Below, in pieces: positions 1 through 11,466 of a stretch of 64,000 nucleotides of DNA (the stretch's first letter is position 1; each line of letters starts with the position of its first letter). Origin of the DNA: Curvularia clavata (taxonomy: Eukaryota). Made by a program: the position numbers and the translations under genes. Below the pieces are notes generated by a model that worked only from the letters and a program-made list of their open reading frames with translations, was not told where the DNA came from and made no database searches. The stretch lies in NCBI GenBank assembly GCA_023920165.1, contig CP089277.1, forward strand, positions 868,001-932,000, given 5' to 3'.

Positions 1-2188
1 GGAGATAAATAAGGGTCAAAACAGAGGGGAAATAGTGCGAGCTAGCAATGATAGCGGTTGTTTTGGAGATCAAGCTTCTGAGAAAGCTGTTTTCATGAAG
101 CCTGTGCACTGAGAGGTTATTCTCTGCAGCAGCCTGCTATGTTCTGCTATCCTGCTCTTAGATGGACAAAATACCCGGGACTTGACGCTACCAAAATCAA
201 TGAAATTTACCAAGTTCAACACCCTGTATCTGTAATGCTGCAAAATATCTCTCAACAATTTAATCATATCTATCTTGTAGTATCTGAACGTAGCTGTCAT
301 CAATACGATATATTGTTTGGGTAGACTTGTGCGGTGTTGTGGTGGGCCAAGCCATTTCAGAGTCCTGGTGCCTCGTCGTGTATGTGCTCTAGCAGAACTG
401 GTTCAATTACGTATAGAAGCTCAGCCGACTCGATGAACAGATGGTCCAATCTGAACAAGAACAGTGACGTAAGGAGTGATTTCTGTGTTCTCAAGGGTAT
501 AGGAAGCTCCCCATAGCATGAGTAAAACTATGTAATAATGATGACAGTGTAAAGATCATCGCAAACGATCCTTTAGAATGATCCATTGTCTACGTCCACA
601 TTTACTTTAGGATGGGTGTAAATCATCTTACCTTGCCTAGCTAGAGTCCGCGGACCCTTTGATGTTCACTCAAAGGGCGATCAAGCCACAAAAAGCAGAG
701 ACCCGAGAAACCGTCCCGCCCTGTATGACAGCACAGTGACAAAGCAAAAGTAAAGGGAAGGGATGGGAAGAGGTAAGGGATAAAAAGAAAATGAATCTCG
801 ACATGGTGTTTGCGATAGCTTTGGTATAACAAACACGTCTAGTCACGATTTGAAAGCCTCTCGGATGAACGGTAACCCAAAGAAATGGTGGTCTACAAAG
901 AACAATGCAAGCTCAACTACTATTGTAATATACTCACTGCCTCTGTGCATTGTTACACTAGCTTGCATAATCAGCTTCCGGTTCGAATGCAGCTCAGAAG
1001 TTTGATGCTGCAGGGATCTATTTTACGCTAAGCCAGTTTGCTGCCATAGCAAGCTGAGCAGGCCATTGACCAAACCGGGCACAACAAAAGCTGTCTAATC
1101 CTGCGCCACCAAAACACTTCAATAACAATAGTTGACTAGTTGTACAGTTTATTACATCAGTTGTATCTTTATCGCTAGGTGCTGTACCTTGCTAGAATGA
1201 TATATCTCTTGGCAGCATGGTGATTCAAAACTTCATCATCATCGCTCTGCGCTTTTTTCGCGATCTACGCAAGGCTGCAGAAGCAATGACTTCAACTAAG
1301 TCAAAGCAACAAGACACAGTAACGGCAACAAAAATGCACCACATCAACAAGAAAAAGCAACGACTATACACCACAGATGAAAGAAGATGGTAGATAGCGA
1401 AACAACACAGATCAATTCAACTGCATCCAGACGTGCGACAGCTTTCTTTGTTATTGGAAACGGATACTGAAAGAATAATGAAGGCAGCTGTTGACGCTGT
1501 AGTTGTTGCATGTCCAATGGCCTTGGCTATCAGTATCATTCTCTAGCACAACCACCGCTACTGTCTACTAGCGATAGATCCAAGGTTTTCGCTATTACTC
1601 CTGGCTTCTCGTGATAGCCTCCAATACTTAAAAGCCTGCAAGTACTCGTGGAGTTAGCGTCGGAACGGGTCGGTCCGCAATCGTGTCCCTAGGTCTCGCT
1701 CTCAAGGAACGGGAGGTTCAGCAGTTGCGAAGTCTTGAAATGACGGAAGCCAGGAAGCGCAGTACTAGCAATTTAGCATTTGCGAAAGGCATTGTCCGAG
1801 TGTGTACAGCCCAAAGGTTTGTGGTTTAAGAGTCAAGTAAGCACAGCGACAACAACGCAACAAACATAACTAGAGCTATTCTAAAGCCCACTGGCGGCAC
1901 TGACAATGGGGTATAATCTCAACGGAACTATGTCAGCCTTGTGTAGGGACATTATGGATGAGGGAGTTGTACTCACAACGAGGGTACAATTGATAGTTCA
2001 TGCTACACACTCAAAGTTGTAATTCCTATCCTCGCTATCCCATCCGTGCATTAGGATGCAACAAATTGTGAAAGTCGACAATGCCATGCCCCATGCGCCC
2101 ATTTCAGTGCCGTATCCTCGACCCAACGTCCCATCACCGTCCCGCAAAGCTCACAGCACAGGGCCCCCGGCTTCCGGCTAACGCGGGA

Positions 2189-2210
2189 GCGGCGCGGCGC
2201 GGCGCGGCGC
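2189..2210. repeat. (GCGGC)4 pentanucleotide repeat in a short GC-rich patch upstream of the NLR
   Basis: gcggcgcggcgcggcgcggcgc read directly. Confidence 0.8.
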
Positions 2211-2634
2211 AGTGCAGCTCGGCCCAGCGAGGGCTCGTTGACCAGGTTGAGGCGACAACAGCTTTCTCTTTCATTCACTTTGTCAGAGCAGGCCATGACT
2301 TGATTTCACCCTTCCTTCTTGCGCAGGGCTGAGGGTACGTGCTGATGGTCTCTGCTAGGTGAGGTGAAGTTATGACCAACTCTGATAATGCAAGCGAGAG
2401 TTGTGCCACGGGCATGCATGAACGAGCCGCTGTAACATTAACCGCACCACTGTGCGTTCGCCATGGCAACATGTAGGCAACAGGCTGCAGCTTCGGCTAC
2501 AAGGCTGAAGCTTAGCGACAACAGACTCCGAAAGCGCTGCTGCTGCGAGACTATTAATCAATCCCTCTTTTCCGCATGCATTGACTCCCAACAAGCATAC
2601 ATTCATCCTTCCCTCGACCTTGTAATCGCCTCAA

Positions 2635-5600
2635 ATGCCACGCCAACTACGCCGCGAAGACTACACCGTAGGGTGGGTGTGCGCCCTCCCGGTCGAGCTA
2701 GCTGCGGCACAGGAGATGCTCGACGAACAACACGCCGCCCTCGACCAAGGTCCTCACGATGGAAACATATACTCCCTTGGCTCGGTGGCCGGACACAACG
2801 TCGTTATTGTGTGCCTTCCAGCGGGCCACATCGGAAACAACCCAGCAGCAGCTGTGGCGACACAGATGTGGGCAGCGTTCAAGGGAATCCGGTTTGGACT
2901 GATGGTAGGCATTGGCGGAGGCGTTCCAAGTGCTGGCGCAGACATACGACTTGGGGACGTAGTGGTGAGCCAGCCACAGGGGACTTTCGGCGGAGTAGTG
3001 CAGTACGACTTTCGGAGAGCGACGCCAAACAGCCTTGAGCGGATTGGATCGCTGAATTCCCCACCTCAGATACTACTTAGTGCTGTAAGCACTGTACAGG
3101 CAAATGCGATAGTCAACAAGAGCACGCTGTTAAACCACCTATCAATACTCGAGCGCTTCTCTACCTTCCAGCGCTGCAATACGGGGCCCGATCTTCTATT
3201 CAAGGCGACTTATACTCATAAACATGGCGCCACATGCGACAAGTGTAGCGTTAGGAGCCGACAACCACGACCAGAACGCGAGAGCGGAGCAGAGGTGATG
3301 GTACACTACGGCACGATTGCTTCTGGCAATCAGGTGATAGAAGATGCTGCTCAGAGGGACAGAGTTAGCGCGGAACTTAGTGGGATATTGTGCTTTGAGA
3401 CGGAGGCAGCGGGGCTAATGAATAACTTCCCATGCATTGTTATTCGTGGCATCTCTGACTACGCCGACACACATAAGAACCACAAATGGCGGGCCTATGG
3501 GGCAGGGACGGCAGCGGCATATGCGAAGGAGCTATTATCGGTGATACCACCAGCAGATGTAATGAACACACGCTGCGCAGAAGATGCTATGAAAGGCACA
3601 AATAGTCAGTATAGCGATAATGTTGCTATCTAATGTGCATTCCAACTAATGTTGTAATAGAACGGGGCCTTCAGCTACCATCTCCTAAGCAAGCTTCCTA
3701 CAAGCGCACAAAGATCGACGCTTCTAGTGGTTCGGACTGTGATTATGGAGAGTGAGTCGTTCATGCTCCTAAGTGACACTCCTCCACCAAAGCTTTACTG
3801 ATCGTAACAGGGAACGAACTCTCACGCGTACGTAGCCTCAATAGTGCCCAAATGCACACCTGACCTGTTCTTACTATCCCAGTCTCTATTCACCGCCAGA
3901 AACCCTTCCAGATACCCCTCAACAGTGAGCAAAGGCAGAGTCTATTAAATTCACTAAGATTTGAGCAGATTGATGCGCACCAGATGACAATTAAAACTGC
4001 ACATGCTAAGACGTGCAGGTGGCTCCTAAAGAGTGAGCAATACCTTGACTGGCTTGACACGACAACGCTAGATAAACATCATGGCTTCCTGTGGATCAAG
4101 GGAAAGGCTGGAACAGGAAAGTCAACACTAATGAAGTTCGCGTTGGTTAATGCTCGTCAGACGATGAAGGACCATGTCATACTCTCCTTCTTCTTCAACG
4201 CGCGCGGCGAAGATATGGAGAAGTCTACTATTGGGACATACCGTTCGCTGTTGCTGCAGCTTCTAGAGCGTCTTCCGGTGCTCTACAACGTCTTTGATTC
4301 ACCTAGCTTCTTATCACCAAGCTTCAGCGCAGACTACCAGTGGAATACTGAGTCGCTAAAAACGCTCCTAGAGCAAGCTATACGGAACTTGGGAGATGTA
4401 TCTGTTATATGCTTGATTGATGCGCTTGATGAGTGTGAAGAGGAGCAGATTCGGGACATGATCCAGTTCTTCGAGCGCATTAGCGATCTAGTCGTTTCAA
4501 ATAGTATCCGCTTCCGGGTGTGCTTCTCGAGTAGACACTACCCACATATTACAATTCGGAATGGGCTAGAGCTAGTGCTAGAGGGGCAAGAGGGGCACTC
4601 GCAAGACATTACCAACTACGTTAAGACTGAGCTGAAGATTGGGAACAGCAAGGCCGCACAGCAAGTCCGAGCCGAGCTTCAGGAGAAGGCGTCGGGGATT
4701 TTTATGTGGGTTATTCTCGTCGTGGGTATCCTAAACAAAGAGTCAGATCGCGGACAGGTTCATACGCTCCAGCGAAAACTACGAGAGATTCCTGGGGACT
4801 TGCATAAGCTATTCCACAATATCTTGACGCGAGACACACATAACAAAGACAGGCTAGTCTTATGTATCCAGTGGGTACTTTTTGCAAAGCAGCCACTCAG
4901 TCCAGAGCAGCTGTATTATGCCATCTTATTAGGCGTCGATCTCGAAGCGGTGACAGAATGGGACCCTGAGGAAATCACGAAGGACGTGATTAAACGGTTT
5001 ATCCTCGATTCGTCCAAAGGTCTTGCTGAGGTCACCTTTTCTAAAGGGCAAAGGGTTCAATTCATACACGAGTCAGTAAGGGACTTTTTGCTCAAGGAGA
5101 ATGGCCTTGGTAAGATCTGGCCCGAGTTTAGGAGTAACTTCCAGGGCCAGAGCCATGAAAAACTAAAGCAGTGCTGTGTTGATTACATTAGCGTTGACAT
5201 CACAACACGCTTAAAGATACCCAACGACTTACCAAAAGCATCCTCACAACAAGCAGCAAGCTTGCGCAAGTTAGCAACCCAGAGACTCCCGTTTCTAGAG
5301 TATGCTACACGTAATGTGCTATATCATGCTGACGCAGCAGAAGAAGGGGGCATTTCTCAGGTGAATTTCCTTGATAGCTTCCCACTCCCTGCATGGGTCA
5401 AGCTTAACAACCTGTTTGAAAAGCGTGAGGTGCGGAGACACACGGAACGCGTCAGTCTACTATACATACTAGCCGAGCTCAATAGAGCAAATCTGATTAG
5501 GGTTCACCCTTTAGTCAATTTATGTCTGGATTTGGAGGGTGAACGTTACGGTTGTGCCTTCTTCGCAGCCAATGCCACTGGAAGCCAGGAGGCTATGCAG

Positions 5601-8600
5601 GCATGTATCGAAGGCATCGAATCTGCTCAATCAGTGGCTGAGCATAGCAGGAGCCGACCTGAAGAAAATTCTATGCATGAGATGATAGAAGGTAGCCTAG
5701 GTCGCGACTTCAAGTACTCTAAAAGAGGAGGAATACTCGTATATGCAGTGGAGACTGGTAGTGTACCCGTATGTTCTTATCTGATCGGATTAGGGACCTT
5801 AGACCTTGACTCAAAAGATTCAAAAGGCCGAACGGCGCTGTACGTAGCCGCAGAGAAGGGAGCAAGTGTTCTCACTCAAATGCTGCTTGACAAAGGCGCC
5901 GACGTTAATGCTCAGGGCGGAGAATACGGCAGCGCAATTCAAGTGGCTTCAGCTAAAGGCCATAAGGACGTTGTAACGCTACTACTCGACAAAGGCGCCG
6001 ACGTCAATGCGCGGAGTGGATGTTACGGCAACGCACTTGAGGTGGCTTTAGCTAGAGGCCACAAAGACGTCGTGACTCTGCTGCTTGACAAAGGCGCTAA
6101 CGTCAACGCGCAGGGCGGAGATTACAGCAGCGTACTTTATGCGGCTTCAGATGGAAACTATGGAGACGTCGTGACGCTACTACTAGGCAAGAGCGCTAGC
6201 ACCAACGCGCAGGGCGGAGAACATAGCAATATACTCCAAGCGGCTTTAATTGGAGACTATGAAGAGGTTGCGATATTGCTTCTAGATAAAGGCGCCAACG
6301 TCAATGCGCAGAGTGGGTGGTACGGTAACGCACTTCAGGCAGCTTCAGCTCGAGGCTGCAAAGATATTATCACACTACTGCTAGACAAAGGCGCCAACGT
6401 TAACGCCCAGGGTGGACAATACGGCAGCGCACTCCAGGCAGCTTCGGCTGGAGGCTATAAAGACGTGGTGACCCTGCTACTCAACAAAGGCGCCAACGTC
6501 AACGCCCAAGATGGAAAACACGGCAGCGCACTCCAGGCAGCTTCGGCTAGAGGCTATAAAGACGTGGTGACCCTGCTGCTCAACAAAGGCGCCAACGTCA
6601 ACGCCCAAGATGGAGAACACGGCAGCGCACTCCAGGCAGCTTCGGCTAGAGGCTATAAAGACATCGTAACGTTGGTGCTCGACAAGGGCGCCAAAGTTAA
6701 CGCACAGAGTGGAAAGTACAGTACTGCACTCCAGGCGGCTTCAGCTAGAGGCCACAAGGACGTCGTAACGCTACTACTTGACAATGGCGCCAACGTTAAC
6801 GCGCAGGGTGGTTTCTATAGAAACCCACTCCAGGCAGCTTCGGCTGGAGGCTACAAAGACATCGTAACGCTGCTGCTCGACAAGGGCGCCAAAGTTAACG
6901 CACAGAGTGGAAAGTACAGTACTGCACTCCAGGCGGCTTCAGCTAGAGGCCAAAAAGACGTTGTGACGCTACTACTCGACAAAGGCGCCGACATTAACGC
7001 CCAAGGCGGAGAATATGGTAGCGCGCTCCAGGCAGCTTCGGCTAGAGGTTTTAAAGACGTTATAACTCTACTGCTTAATAGAGGTGCCAATATCAACGCG
7101 CAGTGTAGGAAATATGGCAACGTACTCCAGGCAGCTTCGCTTGAAGGCCACAAAGACGTTGTGACTCTGCTACTTGACAAAGGCGCTGACGTCAACGCCC
7201 AGGGTGGACAATACGGCAACGCGCTCCAAGCAGCTTTAGCTAGAGGCCAAAAAGACGTGGTGACCCTGTTGCTCGACAAAGGCGCCAACGTCAACGCTCA
7301 GAGCGGGGAATACGGCAACGCGCTCCAGACGGCTTTAGCTCAAGACTATGAAGAGCTTGCAATGCTGCTACTAGACAAAGGTGCTGACGTTAATGCCCAG
7401 GGCGGAAAATATGGCAACGCACTCCAGGCAGCTTCGTTTAAAGGCAATAGAAAAGTCGTAATCCTACTACTAGACAAAGGCGCCAACGTTAACGCCCAGG
7501 GCGGAGTATACGGCAACGCACTTCAGGCAGCTGTAGTTGGAGGGTACAAAAAGATCGTGACCCTACTGCTCAATAAAGGCGCCAACGTCAACGCCCAAGG
7601 CGGAGAATACGGTAGCGCGCTCCAGGCGGCTTTAGCTGGAGGTCATAAAGACGTGGTGACCCTACTGCTCGACAAAGGTGCTGACATCAATACCCAAGGC
7701 GGAGAGTACATTAGCGCACTCCAGACGGCTTCAGCTAGAGGTTTCAAAGACGTTGTAATCCTACTGCTCGACAAAGGTGCCGATATCAATGCCCAAGGCG
7801 GAGAATATGGTAGCGCGCTCCAGGCGGCTTCAGCTAGAGGCCAAAAAGACGTTGTGACGCTACTACTCGACAAAGGTGCCGACATTAACGTCCAAGGTGG
7901 AGAATACAGCAATGCACTTCAGGCAGCTTCAGTTAGAGGCTATAAAGACATTGTGACCCTGCTGCTTGACAAAGGCGCTAACGTCAACGCCCAGGGTGGA
8001 CAATACGGCAGCGTACTCCAGGCAGCTTTGGCTAGAGGTCATATAGACGTGGTGACCCTGCTGCTTGAAAAAGGCGCCAACGTTAACGCCCAAGGCGGAG
8101 TATACGGCAACGCGCTCCAGGCGGCTTTAGCTAGAGGCTATAAAGACGTCATAACGCTGCTGCTCGACAAAGGCGCCAACGTCAACGCCCAAGATGGAGA
8201 ACACGGTAGCGCGCTCCAGGCGGCTTCAGCTGGAGGTCATAAAGACGTGGTGACCCTACTGCTCAATAAAGGCGCCAACGTCAACGCCCAAGGCGGAGAA
8301 TACGGTAGCGCGCTCCGGGCGGCTTCAGCTAGAGGGTTTAAAGACGTTGTGATTCTACTGCTTGACAAAGGTGCCGACATTAACGCCCAAGGCGGAGAAT
8401 ATGGTAGCGCGCTCCAGACAGCTTCAGCTAGAGGTTTTAAAGACGTTGTGACCCTGCTGCTTAATAGAGGTGCCAATATCAACGCGCAGTGTAGGAAATA
8501 TGGCAACGTACTCCAGGCAGCTTTGCTTGAAGGCCACAAAGACGTTGTGACTCTGCTACTTAACAAAGGCGCTGACGTCAACGCCCAGGGCGGAAAATAT

Positions 8601-8987
8601 GGCAACGCACTCCAAACAGCTTCGTTCAAAGGTAATAGAAAAGTCGTAATCCTGCTACTGGACAAAGGCGCCCGCGTTAACGCCCAGGGCGGAGTATACG
8701 GCAACGCACTTCAGGCGGCTGCAGTTAGAGGGTACAAAAAGATCGTGACCCTGCTGCTCGACAAAGGCGCCAACGTCAACGCCCAAGGCGGAAAATACGG
8801 TAGCGCGGTCCAGGCGGCTTCGGCCAGAGGCCGCAAAGACGTTGTGACCCTGCTGCTCGACAAAGGTGCCGACATCAATGTCCAAGGCGGAGAATATGGT
8901 AGCGCACTCCGGGCGGCTTCAGTTAGAGGTTTCGAAGATGTCGTGACGATATTGCTGCAACAGAGCACCCCAGAAGCATCTGAGTAG
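2635..8987 (+). CDS. Fungal NLR (STAND) protein: N-terminal PNP_UDP (purine/uridine phosphorylase-like) effector, NACHT NTPase, C-terminal ankyrin array; about 2060 aa; exons 2635-3604, 3661-3751, 3811-3827, 3883-8987
   Basis: ORF 2635 has PNP_UDP motifs (DYTVGWVCALPVE, LMVGIGGGVP, IRLGDVVVS, IRGISDYAD). ORF 3984 has P-loop GKAGTGKS, Walker B CLIDALDEC and 33-aa ankyrin repeats. Three GT..AG introns with branch sites join the two ORFs in frame, giving the typical pre-NACHT linker SLRFEQIDAHQMTIKTAHAKTCRWLL. Confidence 0.93.
5901..8969 (+). repeat. Coding tandem array of 31 highly conserved 99-bp ankyrin repeat units
   Basis: Counted 31 consecutive 33-aa units with consensus (D/N)VNAQGGEYGSALQAASARGHKDVVTLLLDKGA; 31 x 99 bp from 5901. 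Confidence 0.95.
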
Positions 8988-10341
8988 CCTGTTCATTATT
9001 GGCTCTATTAGGTACTGTGATCAAGGAATCAATTCGTCGCGTGTATCCCTAGTAGTCAATCTAACAATAAGTTGGATGCTTGATCTTGACAGCACTGTTG
9101 TCAATCGATGAAAACGATCTGGCAAAGCTGAGCATCATTATCCTATTTCCCTAACAAAGCCCATCATGCATATTTCATGGAAATCAGGAAATATTTTGTT
9201 CAGTTACTAGAGAGTATGTAGTAGCAGTACCTGATTGAAGTAACATGCAGTGGTTGAGAAATTAAGAAAGCGTGTTTGTTACGCAGGATTAGAGCACTTT
9301 TGCGGGTTGCGGTACATATCGGGATACGATTGTATGCTATAACTACCCTCTCTAGAAAAGATAATTCTTAGCAGTGCAAGAATCCCTGCAGGGCCAACAT
9401 ATAGGGTACGCCAAAGCCGGAAGCCGATTGTGCAAGCGAGTGTAGGTATTTTATATTAACTAGATACATTTAAAGTCTTATTTAGTATAGTTCTGCTATA
9501 TTCAAGACAGTCTAGAAATCCTTTGTTGTATTTTGAAGCATCAAGTCCCATGAAGTTGTAAAAACCAAGACTGACTGCGATTCTCAGCCCTACCCTCTGG
9601 ATCAAAAGGCGACGCTAGCTCGCGAAAGGCCGCTACCGTAAGCGAACGCCACTCTAGCGGCCGAACTATGGGACCCGGTGCTGACAGTTTTCGAAACATT
9701 GCACTACCGACCGTCACTTGTATCCGAATCCGAAAAGGGATCTGGATGGTCTCCTTTAGCCTCTTCTACCAAAGATCCAGATCGCCTGGTTGACCCCCGA
9801 ACGCCTGGTTGCCTTGACTCCAAGAAGGTAACTTTGGGACGCCGCGTGATGCTAAGTACATTCTGAGATTGAGATCCAGGCCACGGAGAATCACGAGTCA
9901 TGGCACCACTCAGGCGAAATTACTATTCCAGGACTTGGTTAGCCCATTTCAGGGGCAATGACGAAAGGCCCGATCTTGGTATTGCGCACCAAATTAGGTG
10001 ACAAACGTGACGTGGTGTGACTGACGGCTCCGGACTCACACATTGGGGGTTTTTTTAAACTCTCGCCATACCAGAGGGCCGGACAAGTGCGATGCAGATG
10101 CCGTCGTATCGGAACACCGTCCGCTTCAAAGCTGTAGCCCTGCCATGTCAGCTCAGGCGGTAAGCAACCCGTTTCGGCTTATACGATGAAAATCCGAAGC
10201 TTAACAATGACGACGGCATGGAAGAAGGTGCTTGTACTTCGTATATTTGTTGGCGACCTAACACGGCGTCTCTCTCACCTCATCTTTTTCCGCGGAGAGA
10301 AAATCAAGTATTTTAGTAGATTAGAATTGCCGGTCGCCCAT

Positions 10342-10363
10342 GCTGCTGCTGCTGCTGCTGCTG
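10342..10363. repeat. (TGC)7 microsatellite
   Basis: tgctgctgctgctgctgctgct read directly. Confidence 0.85.
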
Positions 10364-10866
10364 GAGATGATTCAGCAGAAGCAACCGTATAGACCCATCT
10401 GTCCTGCTGGATCCGGTATACAATAGTTTTCCATAAATAATATGCAAGGTTTTGTGCGAGCAACGATATATGGCATGTGGAGGTGCTGTCGGTTCCGTGC
10501 ACCCGTAATTCGTACTTGCTTGTACAACGTGCGACAGGCTCAGCCCTCTATTAGTTTATAAGGCCATCAGCCCGAGAGATCGTCAGTCACGCCGGTTGAC
10601 CTGAAGAGCAACGTGCATTTCTCCATCTCACCGCATCAGGTCCACCAGTGCTTCGGAACATAGCGAACTGCATGTCTTCACTGCCTCACTACTGGAGCCG
10701 GTGCATCCCCCGTACCCACATATTCTCGGGATGGGGATGCTGTGTTCGTATTGGGACATGATATTACTCTCGAGCTCCGTATGATGTGTTACCATCTACG
10801 TCAATGGCCCTCCCAAAGTCGATCTGAGTACAACCATTTTGCCTAATCCGAGCAATGCTACTTACT

Positions 10867-11466
10867 CTAGTTTGCTGTATCCTACACGCTCATTAGCTAG
10901 AGTCCACCTAAATCAATGGAGTATGATGAGGCTAAGTGTCGTACCAAGTACACCTGGTAAAAGTCCATCATAACGGTGCCTTCCCCGTCCTTTACCAGGT
11001 GTGCCCTTGCAGCCCAGTCCTTGCTTGACTCCCCCCCTGCTTTCAGGCCGTATTTGACCGTCCCATACAACATGACTTCGTTAGCGTTTGGTCCGAACGG
11101 AAATATCTTAAGTGGTGCGTGCGCTCTGCTGGAGATCTTTTCCCACATCGCCTTCCGCAGGGCCAGGATCTCTGTCGCCAAGAATCAGCCTGATGGAAAG
11201 AATTTTGCGTGACAGACTTGCAGCCGAACGTAAAGGGGGTAGGGCAAAGTTGCCCTGGGGCTAACAATAAAAGCAATGCCTGACGAACCATCTCGGCCCA
11301 TGGCTACTTTCGAAGCCATGATTAGCGTGGCATCTCTCGTAAAATACTTGACGTAATCTTCATGCGCATCCGGTGCGTCGGACGTAGCGTAGAAGCGCTC
11401 GAAGAACTCCTTGTATGATGAATCGACAGCAATAGCTGGGGGATACTCAGAGGAATATGCGCTCAT
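10867..11466 (-). CDS. Small SnoaL/NTF2-like fold conserved fungal protein (3 exons)
   Basis: Joined translation MSAYSSEYP..FFERFYATSD..YVKYFTRDATLIMASK..|EILALRKAMWEKISSRAH..LYGTVKYGLK..WAARAHLV..FYQVYL|DTAN*; two GT..AG introns. Fold assignment is from family recognition. Confidence 0.75.

Noticed and set aside
6851..8968. Repetitive minus-strand ORFs (e.g. 6851-7294, 8237-8704)
   Set aside because: Antisense shadows of the ankyrin repeat codons.
5901..8969. Regular repeat array superficially like a CRISPR array
   Set aside because: Units are contiguous in-frame 99-bp coding repeats with no unique spacers, in a eukaryotic gene with no cas genes nearby.
10165..10205. cggcttata resembling the RNase P conserved region V
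   Set aside because: No matching conserved region I (GGAAAnUC..) could be located at a plausible distance.
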